A DNA stretch of 64,000 nt from assembly GCF_006345805.1 (NCBI RefSeq), contig NC_043007.1, forward strand, positions 2,108,001 through 2,172,000, read 5' to 3'. Shown here piece by piece: positions 50,867 to 63,660 of this stretch (positions are counted from its first letter, which is position 1; every line of letters starts with the position of its first letter). Made by a program: the position numbers and the translations under genes. Source of the DNA: Octopus sinensis. Its lineage: Eukaryota. The notes beneath the pieces are model-generated. The model did no database searches. It had not been told where the DNA came from and saw nothing but the letters and a program-made list of their open reading frames with translations.

Positions 50867-51140
50867 ACACATATATATATATACGACAGGCTTCTTTCAG
50901 TTTCCATCTACCAAATCTACTCACAAGGCTTTGGTCGGCCCGAGGTTATAGGAGAAGACACTTGCCTAAGGTACCACACAGTGGGACTGAACCTGGAATA
51001 TGTGGTTGGTAAGCAAGCTACTCCTGCGCCTATATATATACATATATACGACAGGCTTCATTCAGTTTCCGTTTACCAAATCCACTCACAAGGCTTTGGT
51101 CGGCCCGAGGCTATAGGAGAAGACACTTGCCCAAGATGCA
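50630..51140 (-). mobile_element. SINE B with a duplicated 5' module
   Basis: gacaggcttc...gaagacacttgcc occurs at about 50885 and again at about 51048. Confidence 0.85.
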
Positions 51141-51764
51141 AATGCTAGCTTAAATGCAACGAACAACCGGCAATGAGACTGTTTTTAGCAGATCCCCAAA
51201 TGGGACCCATGGCAGGCTGTGGGTTAATACTGTCAATAAAATTCTTCTAAGTATCCGTAAAGGCACGCGAAATAGGGAGTTCATATATTTTGCCGTGGCA
51301 TTACGGTGTCAATGCAGCTTCGGATGTTGGTTGCTCTCATTCAATACCGAATGATTGATTGGAACAGTTATCGTTAACTTTATATTTTCTTTTCTACTCT
51401 GTTTGAAGCTGATATATACTCCGATCACTTCCATATGAAGGTGGCGTTCCACTTTGGCAGTATTTCAATAACTGAAACCAATAAAAGAATGAAATAATGC
51501 ACTACATTGATTATCTTGAGCAATAATGGAACTTTGGAACCGTTTTTAGAACTGAAAGCTGTAAAATTTTCTAACTTTGTCCGATGTTGAATTGCGGGAT
51601 AAAGCTGGGGGATAACTCTTCTGATTATCTGTAACAATACAACCAAAGTTGCATTGTGCAAAGTTCATTTGTAGCTTCAAGCAAATCGATCGATTGGATT
51701 GATTATATGAAAACCGATAAACAATAGATCACGCGGAGTTCGAATCCCGCTGGCGATATTACTG

Positions 51765-51933
51765 CTTTTCTTCTTCTTCTTCTTCTTCTTCTTCTTCTTC
51801 TTCTTTTCTTCTTCTTCTTCTTCTTCTTCTTCTTCTTCTTCTTCCTTCTTCTTCTTCTTCTTCTTCTTCTTTTTTTTCTTCTTCTTCTTTTTTCTTCTTC
51901 TTTTTCTTCTTTTCTTCTTCTTCTTCTTCTTCT

Positions 51934-51968
<35 letters not shown>

Positions 51969-51980
51969 ACTCTCTTCCTC
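51765..51980. repeat. (TTC)n polypyrimidine tract
   Basis: Directly visible. Confidence 0.95.
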
Positions 51981-51999
51981 CCTTCTCACTATACACATG

Positions 52000-52034
<35 letters not shown>

Positions 52035-52110
52035 CATCTATATTTATATATATAATTTTTGTATGACCTGACTGTCCGGATGTTTTTCGTTTTGTCCCAT
52101 TTTTATTATC

Positions 52111-52151
<41 letters not shown>

Positions 52152-52619
52152 ATATATATATATATATATATAGCCGCATACGTACACTTTGGTCTCTTAT
52201 ATGTAAGTATACATTTTTCTAAATCGTGTACGACTCTATTCTTTCTGTCTATCAGCCCTTTCCTGCTTATTCATTCATTCCACTCATCGTTCTTTCGTTC
52301 CCCCTCTCTCTCACATTTCTTTGCCTTTTCTTCTTGCTCACTTTCCCTCCACTTTTCACTTCACTGTATCCCTGTCATTTTTTCTCGCCCCTCCTTAATT
52401 CTTCTGTCCCTCTGCCTCTACCCCTCTCTCTTCTTTTCCCACATGATCGCCTCTCGGCCAAGCCTGAGCTTTCTTTCTTGGTCTGACTGTTGTCCGTGCA
52501 ACATCGATATTCCTCCCTGTGCTTGTAAAACCTTGTATCCTTGTCGTAAGACTTCATTTCCACACACGCCAGCTTAATTTAATTCGTCCTTAGTTGAAAG
52601 ACACCTGTTATTATATCCT

Positions 52620-52880
52620 GTTATTATTTTTATTGTATTTGTGTAACATTGTCCGTTTTTTACCTCCTTGTTTTTGTATGAATTCGCCGCTTTCTTCCAA
52701 GAAATCTAATGCTCTTAGCTTAGTTTTTCCTTGGGGCTGGCCAGATTGGAGCAATCTCGAGTATAATCAGCCGAAATTGCGAAGATAATCTGGTACTTGA
52801 CTGAGGAAAGAAAACTTCGAATGACCCGTCCTTGTTTTCTTTGTATCGTCTATTTGGATGTTTTGTCCCATTTTGCTTTT
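52620..52880 (+). mobile_element. Possible Penelope-like terminal-repeat fragment
   Basis: CTGAGGA-AAG-aaaa-CTT-CGAAT at 52801-52822; next to a (TA)n tract. Confidence 0.35.
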
Positions 52881-52932
52881 TTTATATATATATACATACA
52901 TACGTAGAGGTATATATAGACATACATATGTA

Positions 52933-52978
<46 letters not shown>

Positions 52979-53379
52979 GGGGATGACCACTAAGTGGACA
53001 TTCATTATGCTAGAAGTAGACCCCCTATGGTCTTACCAGTAAGAAAGGATCGTTCTCAAGAAAATTTAGCAAACGCTAGACCGTAAGCGAGCAAGACAGA
53101 TGAAACGATACAAAATATAAAGATTAATCACAAACCCGATTTCGTTGTTACCACTTACGTAATTACTTACGTAATTGTCCGCAACTCAACAGTGTGATCG
53201 TCGTAGCAAAATATAATTTGCAGAACTATACACTCTAGACGTCCACATGAGATTGAACATGTATACAGTTCTATCAATTACATTTGGGGCTATCTTTCAA
53301 AAGCCTTCGTTTAAATTTAAATAACTATGTACTCTAACCAGCAAAATTGACTGTAGAGAATTATTTTCTGCAGAATTAT

Positions 53380-53834
53380 TTCCGGTATTTTGGCGCACCA
53401 AAACGAAGATTTAAACCCGATAGAACACCTGTGGGGTGTTTTGAAAAGGAAGGTTGAGAAGAAAAAACCTGCAATGTAACACAGCTGGAAGCCATCGTTA
53501 AAGATGAATGGAAGCCGATTTCATGGGTTATATACGGAAATTTAGTCGACTGTATGCCCAGAAAGCTTAATGCAGTTATTGAAAGCAAGGGTGGTCACAC
53601 CAAATATTGAATATAGTAAATAATCCTATAGGGTGTACATATTTTTGTATCGTTTGAAAATTAATATTTCGTTCAAATCTTTGAGCATGTTTACTGTTTT
53701 ATGTTCCAAATATGTATAATGTTTGCATATATAATATATTCAGTATAAATTACGTTTGATTTCCTTCTATGTTAACAGGGTAATGTCAATTTTACTGAAA
53801 TTTTTAGGTGTGTTCATACTTCTGTGAGATACTG
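53380..53834 (+). mobile_element. Tc1-like transposon 3' portion
   Basis: DLNPIEHLWGVLKRKV...MPRKLNAVIESKGGHTKY*; the 3' inverted repeat reads CAGTATCTCACAGAAGTATGAACACACC on the minus strand. Confidence 0.85.
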
Positions 53835-53848
53835 TGTGTGCACATATA

Positions 53849-55111
53849 TTAGGTTGTTTCACATGAAATGTGACATTTTTAATTGTTTTTTTTTTCAGTA
53901 ATTTAAAGCTCACTTATTTAATCTTGATTCTTTTTTTTTACCCCAACAGCATTGGTATACAAACTTCGTAACCACAGACCTTAAGAAAATGATAACAACC
54001 AAACTATGTTGAGAGACTTTCTCGTATGAATACAAACTGGGTCACTCTGGGGGCAGAAGCTCTACGGAATACAAAGCGGGCCTTTGGTAATGGTTTTGTT
54101 GACATCAGAACTGTTCAGAGATGGTTCAGGAGATGATAGCCTTGAAAATAAACTAAGGAGTAGGCTAAACTCAGTTATTCGGCATGATGGATTAAATGTT
54201 TTGGTTGAACAAAATCCGAGAACAAAGGTTCGAAAACTTTCATCAGAACTCCAAACATTTTGCACAACTTTTTTGGACACCTGTAAAAAAATGGAAAAAT
54301 CAAGAAAACAGATAAGTTTGTCCCACATCAACTGAACAGGATTAGAAAAAACACCCCCCCAAAAAAACAAAGAAAAAAAACAGACGCCTTGAAGTGTGCT
54401 CCTTATTGCTTTCTCGACTGAAAAAAGACCATTTTTGCATCAAATCATTACTTGTGATGAGAAATGGATACTCTTTGACGACAGCAGGAGAACAGGAAAG
54501 TGATTAGATGCAGGAAAGTCACCTAAGCATTATCCAAATCCACCATTGCACACTAAAAAGTTAGTGGTCACTGTATGGTGGTCTACGAAGAGAGTCATTC
54601 ATTATTCATCTTTGCAACAAGGAAAAAACGGTAACAGCAACATCGTTTTGCCAGGAAATTGATTGCATGCACGAGAATTTGAAAAAGAAGCAATGCAGAC
54701 TAGTGAACAGAGATGGCCCAATCTTGCTCCACGACAGTTCTTTCCTCAGGATAATGTTCGTGCTACATACAGCGAGGCTGGAACAGTTTGAATGGGAAAC
54801 GATACCCCACCAACCCTATTTGCTGGGCATTGCCCTGTCTGATTATCATTTATTCCGCAGTTTTCTAAATCATTTGGACGGAAAGAATATGAATTCTGTA
54901 GACGAGGTCAGAACAGTACTGGAGGAGTATTTTTCGTCACGGTCAAGTGAATATTGGAAGAGAGGCCTTGCAAGTCTACCAGATAGATGGAAGAGTATTG
55001 TAGATAATGAAAAAGAGTATATTTCCGATTAAAAAAGAACTTTGTTTATCTTAATTTTGAAAAAAAAAAAACAAGTATAAAAAAAACCGCATTATTTATG
55101 GGATGACCCAA
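53849..55111 (+). mobile_element. Full-length decayed mariner (D,D34D type), 1263 bp
   Basis: TA flanks and TTAGGTTG.../TTGGGTCA... inverted repeats. Remnants ITCDEKWIL, KKLVVTVWW, PILLHD, PHQPY..GIALSDYHLFRS and LPDRWKSIVDN, with stops and frameshifts. Confidence 0.92.
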
Positions 55112-56061
55112 TATAAGTATCGTTGACTGGAATAAAACTTACAAATATGGAAAAAAATTCTTTAATTGTTTTCTGGCGTGTCAAGGAAATCTTAGTAGTT
55201 TTTTTAAGTAGATTTACTAAGCAATTTCAGACTAATTGCGTGCGAATACAATTTTTAAAATACTTTCTTAATTAATTAAAATGTCAATATCGTTATTATT
55301 GTGATTGGAGCAGAATCTGAAACAGCTGGAAACATTGTAAAATGAGAGTTGATGACTTAACTGTTATAATGAGAACGACTTATCTTTTCATCCATTATGT
55401 AATAATTAGATTCCTTGGTAGACTAAGCCGTTGTTTATGAATCTTAACTACCACAAAAAAGCCCCACTTATAATCCTTCTAATCGCAGCCAATGAAAAAG
55501 AATCATTAGAATTACATTGATTACATTGTATAAAGTCTATGATAACTGCATTGAAGGAAAATGTTGATCGTAAATTATAGAGATTAGAATCCGTCTGTGC
55601 GTGTTTTGGTGTTTGTGCTTCTTGTACTAAATTCTTTAACTCGACTTATTTTCGAGAAACATTTGACGTAGAACGTTCTGTTGTTAACCTACGCTGAAAA
55701 TATTTACTGCACCTTCTTCACAATGTTATGTGGTAGATATTGTTTCAAAACTATAATCTTAGTTTTAAAAAGTTGTAAGTCTGGGCCAAGTCTGTGAAAG
55801 AATCTGGCTCTTTTTGCCTACGAGGTGGCGGGCAAAACTATACCTTTTGGCTTAATGTAGAGAAACTTCAGTTTATTAATCCTTTCTACAATAGAGAAAT
55901 AGCCTGAAATTTGTGGGGATAGTACTTGGTTGGTACTTATTTCATCAACACCGAAAAGATGAAAGGCAAAATTGATTTGGGCGGCATTTGAACTCAGAAC
56001 GTAGAGTCAGATAAAATGCTTAATGGCATTTTGCCTAGTGTGCTAACAATTCTTATCTGTT

Positions 56062-56290
56062 TATTACCCACAAGGGGCTAAACACAGAGGGGACAAACAA
56101 GGGGACAGACAAAGGGATTAAGTCGATTACATCAACCCCAGTGCGTAACTGGTACTTAATTTATCGATCCCGAAAGGATGAAAGGAAAAGTCGACCTCGG
56201 CGGAATTTGAACTCAGAACGTAAAGACGGGCGAAATACCACTAAGCATTTCGCCTGGCGTGCTAACGTTTCTGCCAAGCTCGCCGCCTCT
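56062..56290 (-). mobile_element. SINE A long tail, preceded by an older A fragment (about 55900-56050)
   Basis: Near-consensus sequence. Confidence 0.88.
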
Positions 56291-57539
56291 ATTAAGACAT
56301 TGCATAACGTGTTATGTCTGTAGATGTTTGTTGGAATATAGTTCATTAATAACAATTCTTTATCTTTTGTCGTCTTAGTGACTGATTTTGCTTCAAACTT
56401 TTCGAAAGTGTTGTATAGATGTAACCACTTTGACTGAAGCTTGTACATCAGATGGCGAAATATCAGATAATTTTTGTCGGGATAAATTTATTCTTTATTT
56501 CATCTCTATAGCTAGCTGCAAGTGTTCGTCGGTTTTATTTATATTTCCTTATACTTGTTGCTTCACAATTTCTATCAATACAAGATAACCGTCTGCCTGC
56601 AACATGGAAGAGAAGAAGAATTTCCATGATAACGCTACATCTTGTTCTATGCGGCTTCTCTCAAAGAATGCTTTTCACTCCTGTGCATCGGTTGTAAGAA
56701 CGGTAATAGCTATAATAATAGGAAATAGCAGCTGTGGCTTTTACAGTAATAACAATTGTGAAGCCATCGCACATGTATTCGTCGGAAAGTCAAAGGAATC
56801 GCTGAAATACTCCCAAAAGATTTTATTCAGCAATTCGTGTCTGCTGCTTTGACTATCGTCGTGCTTTTCATCTCACAGTCGTGTTAAGAGGAAACACAAT
56901 GACACATACACATTGTAGCTCATATTATATTCAAACCATTGCACATATATACATTTGACATATTTCATTTCAAAACAGTAACCTTGTTTATACTTCTTCA
57001 GTGTTCTTGTTATTCCCAAATCAGCTCGGATCAAGTAGATCTTTGATCAAAGGCATTTCAGTCGTAACACATCCTGTTTATTTTAGGCATTATACACATC
57101 ACACCACCTTACACAATGTGTCTTTTATTAACATTTGTAGGGTGGGGCTTGAGGGGTCCTCTGTCTATCAATTTATTTTTAGTAGATAGTACAACCATGT
57201 TGAAATTCCCCCGTGGGATCAACAAAATTGCATAGTTGACAGTAACGTGTGGAAAATAAATGTTTGCCTTTCTCGTTGATTTCATAATCATGTGAGAAGA
57301 ACCACAAGAGAGATCTCGCCATTGCTTCATTCGAATCTCTTAGAATAGCTTTTGCCCTGTTCTACAAGTAACAAAACACTCAATAATAGAATCAATCTGG
57401 GAGTTTCAACCTTGTCTCTCGATACGCTAATAATTATTGGTCAAATGTATGTCAGTCACCTCCTACCGTGTTAAAAAATAGGAGGGATTCAGCTAGTTAG
57501 TTCTAGATGTTAAAAAAGAATGTTTTTGATATATATATA

Positions 57540-57702
57540 TGGTGGCTGTGTGTAGGTGCAGGAGGGGCTTGCTTACCAATCACATGGTTCCGGGTTCAGT
57601 CCCACTGCGTGGCCACCTTGAACAAGTGTTTTCTACTATAGCCTCAGCCGACCAAAGCCTTGTGAGTGGATTTGGTAGACGGAAACCGAAAGAAAACCAT
57701 CG

Positions 57703-57738
<36 letters not shown>

Positions 57739-57945
57739 GGGGGTGTGTGTTTGTCCCCTTCAACTTGGCTGTACAACCGATGCTGGTGTGTTTACGTCCC
57801 CGTAAGCTAGCGGTTTGGGAAAAGAGACCGATAGAATAAGTACTAGGCTTATAAAGAATAAGTCCCAGGGTGGAGTTGCTCGACTAAAGGCGGTGCTCCA
57901 GCATGGCCGCAATCAAATGACTGAAACAAATAAAAGAGTAAAAGA
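57540..57945 (+). mobile_element. SINE B
   Basis: Full modular structure. Confidence 0.88.
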
Positions 57946-58020
57946 ATATATATATATATATATAATATATATATATATAATATATATATATATATAATAT
58001 ATATATATATATGTATATAT

Positions 58021-58140
58021 GTTTATATATATTTCCAGTCNNNNNNNNNNNNNNNNNNNNNNNNNNNNNNNNNNNNNNNNNNNNNNNNNNNNNNNNNNNN
58101 NNNNNNNNNNNNNNNNNNNNNNNNNNNNNNNNNNNNNNNN
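58021..58140. other. Assembly gap (run of N) between TA and GAA repeats
   Basis: The N run starts at 58041 and ends at 58140. Confidence 0.95.
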
Positions 58141-59748
58141 GAGAGAGAGAGAAGAAGAAGAGAAGAAGAAGAAGAAGAAGAAGAAGAAGAAGAGAGAAGA
58201 AGAGAAGAAGTAAGAATAAGAAGTAGAAGAAGAAGTAAGAAGAGAAGAAGAGAAAGGGACTATAAAGGACTACTAGAACATTCCACAAACTGTGTTCAGA
58301 TGAGTAAAAAATAAAATAAAATAAAATAAAAAATATAAGTGGGCAAATAATAGATTGCTTTATGTCTGTGAATAATATTTCATGAAAACGGAATATTATT
58401 CTTTTAACAAAGATTTTGCAAGAACAAATTTCACTCCGTGTTAAGATATATTGATTTCATTTCTGAGTCTTTTTTTCCCTCTCTCTTTCGAATGTTTACA
58501 GTGCTTCACACTATGAAATAAAATAATTCAACAACTTTTCCCAGAAACATGAAATAACGAAGAAAAAACTCCGAACATGTTAGGGCCATTGTTGGTTGAA
58601 ATCCATACGTATTCACGACATTAGGAAAATCCATTTCCATTGCAATTTCCCTGAAGCATTTAGCTTTATTTGACGCATTTTTTTTTCGGATATAGTTTTT
58701 CTGTTAAAACCTTACAGAATTAACTGAGTATTGAAGAAAAATAAAATAAATATAAAATAGATTTTTACTTGAAAATTTGCCACTGAGTAGAGTTTATAGT
58801 TAAGTGAGGGACGTTAAAAAATGCGATTTAATCGGGTTCAAGTCGGCCATTTTACGAGTTTGAATTTTTAATCCAATTGGTTGGAGAGTATAACGACATC
58901 ATTCTTTACGTATAAGGAAACTTTAGAAGGAATAAAAAAAATGAATCAAATTATACTTCGGAGGGAAACTGTATGTACGAATTTTACCTTATAAAACCGA
59001 AAAATCTTTACTTTCATTACTTGGTTTTGTATGAACAGCTGATATAGCATCACAGATATCACAAATGTCTACCTCAGGGCCTAAAGGCTCAAGAGGCCAG
59101 AGGTTAACAGGATTTTCAAGGCTGAAAGTAAAAACTGCCTCCAACCTGAACGCGACGTCTTTATTAACTCCTCTCCAAGCGCCATTGGCACCCATTTTCA
59201 GCTGAGTGTTCTGAAGCAATATGAAACTTGGCGCAACATCCAATCCTAGTATCGAATCCACGACCTAACGATCATGATCCTAACATCGTAACCACTAAAC
59301 TATTCACCTCCATCATAGAACGCATGTTCATTAAATGCTTTTCGAATAGACGGAACCTAATCTAGCCAGTGACTCCTACTGAAAGCTTCCGCTGTGGTTT
59401 CCACGTCAGTAATCCCAGATAGGAGCGAGGCTTCGATATACATTTATTATTCGCTACTGAAATGCAGTGGTCATGGATACACTTAATGGAGCTGATCTGA
59501 TCCAGCTTAGTTCTTCCGAGTTCTTCATTCAGAAAGTACACCTGGGAAATTATTAAATACGATGGCGCTCTACTAACTGATAAGTTATTCTCTATAATGT
59601 CAACTGCCTCCACCATGTTCCAGGGGAAGACATGACATTTAACTCTATGTACCACAGGCCATCTAGCTGTAGGACCTGCCAGAAAGATATATACCTGTTC
59701 TGTTATTAGAAATAATGCTTAATTTATATTACTGAATTTTTCTCAACA

Positions 59749-59913
59749 TAGGCGCAGGAGAGGCTGTGTGGTAAGTAGCTTGCTTACCAACCATATGGTT
59801 CCGGGTTCAGTCCCACTGTGGCATCTTGGGGCAAGTGTCTTCTACTATAGTCTCGGGCGAGCAAAGCCTTGTGAGTGGATTTGGTAGACGGAAACTGAAA
59901 GAAGCCCGTCGTA

Positions 59914-59945
<32 letters not shown>

Positions 59946-60180
59946 GTGTGTGTGTGTGTGTGTGTGTCTGTGTGTGTCTGTGTGTGTCTGTGTTTGTCCT
60001 CCCAACATCGCTTGAGAACCGATGCTGGTGTGTTTACGTCCCCGTAACTTAGCGGTTTGGCAAAAGAGACCGATAGAATAAGTACTAGGCTTACGAATAA
60101 TAAGTCGTGGGGTCTATTTGCTCGACTAAAGGCGGTGCTCTAGCATGGCTGCAGTCAAATGACTGAAACAAGTAAAAGAG
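59749..60180 (+). mobile_element. SINE B, full length
   Basis: Full modular structure. Confidence 0.9.
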
Positions 60181-60383
60181 TATGGAATTCCAATTTCCAA
60201 ACTCTCTCACGGTTAAAGGAACCTCATTCACTTCGTAACTTTATTTTACCTGCTGCTGTGACGGTTGTAAATTGTAACTACCTGTAACATGATTAAGTTT
60301 ACTTGTACTTTGTCATAATGCAAGGTACCAAGATGCATTTTGGACTTGATAAATTATTCACATGGTGTGCCTCACCAGCAGCA

Positions 60384-60759
60384 GTGGAGGCGCAATGGCC
60401 CAATGGTTAGGGCAGCGGATTCGCGGTCAGAGGATCGCGGTTTCGATTCCCAGATCGGGCGTTGTGTGTGTTTATTGAGCAAAAACACCTATAGCTTCAC
60501 GAGGCTCCGGCAGGGGGTGGTGGCGACCCCTGTTGTACTCTTTCGCTCCTAATTCCTCTCACTCTTTCTTTCCGTTTCTTGTCCCCGACTTCCTACGCAA
60601 CCGCTGAGCCTGGATACGCATTCATCCATCCGTCGATGCTCTCGGTGTCGGGGGGTTGACCTACTTTCTCTTCTGCGGGTCTTACGAATAGCAAAGGACC
60701 ATGTTTCGGATTTCTCCCATCGTGCGAGCTCTGGAACGAAGACCGTTCGCTCAACAGCA
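60384..60759 (+). mobile_element. SINE D, tail type 3
   Basis: Same head as the copy at 48825; 12-bp TSD tcaccagcagca at 60372 and 60760. Confidence 0.9.
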
Positions 60760-62441
60760 TCACCAGCAGCAAAAGAACAACAACGAATCAGATTTATATC
60801 AACTCATGTAACTTAACTCTGCATTACAATTATCAGGATCGTTTTTCGGAGGAAGGTGCAGATCGATTGCATCGACCTCAGTACACAACTGGTACTTATT
60901 TTATCGACCCCCCGAAAAGATGAAAGGCAAATTCGACCTCGGTGGAATTTGAACTCAGAATGTAAAGACTGGCGTGCTAACGATTCTGTCACCTCGCTAC
61001 CTTGTGGTATATTAGTATTTATTTCTCATTTTGGCACAATGTCCTTAATTTCGAGGGAGGAGGTAGGTCGATTACATCGACCACAGTGTTCAACTGTTAA
61101 TTTTAGCAGGTCAAACGGCCACGTATTTGCTCCGCAAGCTTTTGTTGCAGCTGGTCAATATGGTAATGTAATAATTTTGCTGATGATGGTAGCAGTGATG
61201 TTGGTATCAGTGCTATGCAATAAATAATTTTTCTGTGTTACAGAAGAGATGTTATTGTTAGTGGTCATCGTTGTGACAATGAGGATGGTGCTGGTCATTG
61301 GTTGGTCAGTTCTGTAATTCATCAAAATATCACAGTGTTTCGACTGGTGACGGTGAGAACAGAATTATATATAGATGTGACATGTGATGCAGCTCTGAGA
61401 TGTATATGTTAGTGATGCTGTTGCTGCTGTTGTTTAAAAGCAGATCCGGATTCATCAAACAGAACTGAGATCAATATCATTCGTGTTTTTGGTTGTATCA
61501 CTTTTTAACTTTCAGTTTTAAAAGCAAATGGATATCCGACGGATTCGGCGATGAGAATCCAATTGTTCAATCAACTCGTTAGTAGAGGGGAGAAAAGTAA
61601 GTCTAAAGTCAAATAAAATATACAGCAAAGACAGCCAAAAAGGAATGCATAATGCAGAGAATAAAACACAAGAAAAGAAGTGAAAATTAAAAGAACCATT
61701 AAAAGGAAAGGGTGCATGGACACATCACGAGTCATGTAGGTAGATTTTGGAAAGCATGGTATTTTTGAAGGATGTTGTATCTGACAACTAATAACATATG
61801 CGGTTAGTTCATAGCTTACTTCAACAATTCTGAGCATGAAAACAAATTGATTCTAAATGTCATGAGCGCTTTTCTTTTTACGGTTTGTTAAGCTTGTTCA
61901 CGGTTGTTAGAAGTATTGAATTGACAAAGGTGACCAAAGTTGGTGGGAAGATGGTGGATAATCTACTGAGTCAGTTGCAAGATGTCGAAGCTTCGGTGTG
62001 TCCAGTGTGTCCAGTGAAGCGAGGTATTCAACATGACTGACCGAGGGGATTTGTTCGTTTGCATGTGTCTCTGGAAAGCTTCCAGCAGATAAAGTCATTT
62101 CCGCCATGACACTCCCGACCTTTTGCAAATATTTGTGAGGAGATATGCGAAGCAATGGCGGAAAGAATGCAAACTGAAGACTAGTTCAAATATTTGAGAG
62201 GCATTTCGACCTGTAAAGGATTTTCATATCAGTTTGGAGAAAAACTTTTCGCTTAAAACAAAGAAGGTATCTAGTCTTGATGAAAAGCACTAAAATGTTC
62301 GAAGTGAATCCATGAATCTAAGAGAGAGTGTTTGGAGCTAACAATGGTGTTTTAATACCTTTTTGTCTCAAGCGAGAATTATCATCTCCATGACAAAGTG
62401 CAGTGAAAACCCTTTGCAGGTTAAAATACCTTTCAAATATA

Positions 62442-62731
62442 TATTTCTTTACTACCCTCGGCGGAATTTGGATTCAGAACGTAACGATAGACGAAATACC
62501 TATTTCTTTACTGCCCACAAGAGGCTAAACACAGAGGGGACAAACAAGGACAGACAAAGGGATTAAGTCGATTACATCGACCCCAGTGCGTAACTGGTAC
62601 TTAATTTATCGACCCCGAAAGGATGAAAGGCAAAGTCGACCTCGGCGGAATTTGAACTCGGAACGTATCGGCAGACGAAATACGGCTACGCATTTCGCCG
62701 GCGTGCTAACGATTCTGCCAGCTCGTCGCCT
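62442..62731 (-). mobile_element. SINE A composite: a full copy plus an internally deleted second body
   Basis: Junction gacgaaatacc|tatttc at 62500/62501; (cc)tttcaaatata flanks both sides (62429 and 62729). Confidence 0.88.
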
Positions 62732-63185
62732 TTCAAATATAATTGAACTGGTTTTAAGTTTGTATCCAGTCCTATGTTCCATAATGAAACTTTTCATGTC
62801 TTTTAGGCAACGTGGTGTAATTACACGCTGTTAGATCTACAACACTGAGCAGTCACTTTGTATCTCTCCCCAGTTCTTCTCGTTGCCTCACCAACCACGT
62901 AGAAGTTTGGTGGTTGTAATGCTGGTAGCGATGATAGTCATACAGTCGGCATTATGCAGTGGCGTATGGTAGTGACAAACACTATTGCCGATGTTCGTAT
63001 AACTTGCATACGTTTTGTCTTCTTTATCAATGTTGTTTTTTGCGACAATAATGCGGTTTGATGTCATCTGTCTGTGAAGCAATTATATATTTTATTGCTG
63101 TTTACAACATAATAATTTACAGGCACATAAAAACGCAGATTTATGTCATCATGTGTATGTGAGTGGGCATGACTATATAGATTAT

Positions 63186-63660
63186 AAATGTATGTATGTA
63201 TGTATGTATGTATGTATGATGTATGTATATATATGACTGTATGCATGCGTATATATATTTATATATATATATATATATATTCGTGTTCTTGAATAAATAA
63301 TAGATTAACCGAACACGTACATATACAGAATAAAAATTTATAAGTTATAATGAGACAAACTTTGAAGTTTCCCTGGTAATTGATTATTCAAACCAGTGTA
63401 AGTTCTGTTAACACTACTCTTGCAACATACATAATACATACATACATATACGTACATACATACATAGATACATACATACATACATACATACATACATACA
63501 TACATACATACATACATACATACATACATACATACACACATATATACATATACACACATACGTACATACATACATACATACATACATACATAAATACGTG
63601 TGTAAAAACATACATATACACGCATAGACACCCACACAAACATATTATGTAAATACATCG
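63186..63660. repeat. (ATGT)n/(TACA)n microsatellites
   Basis: Directly visible. Confidence 0.9.

Noticed and set aside
56540-56600. Strong minus-strand acceptor with a short open reading (ADGYLVLIEIVKQQ)
   Set aside because: The donor is weak, there are no partner exons, and no homology is recognisable.
61244-61352. Plus-strand acceptor/donor pair with an open frame (RDVIVSGHRCDNEDGAGHW...)
   Set aside because: It lies in a decayed GAT/GGT/GTT low-complexity tract, so the open frame is probably compositional.
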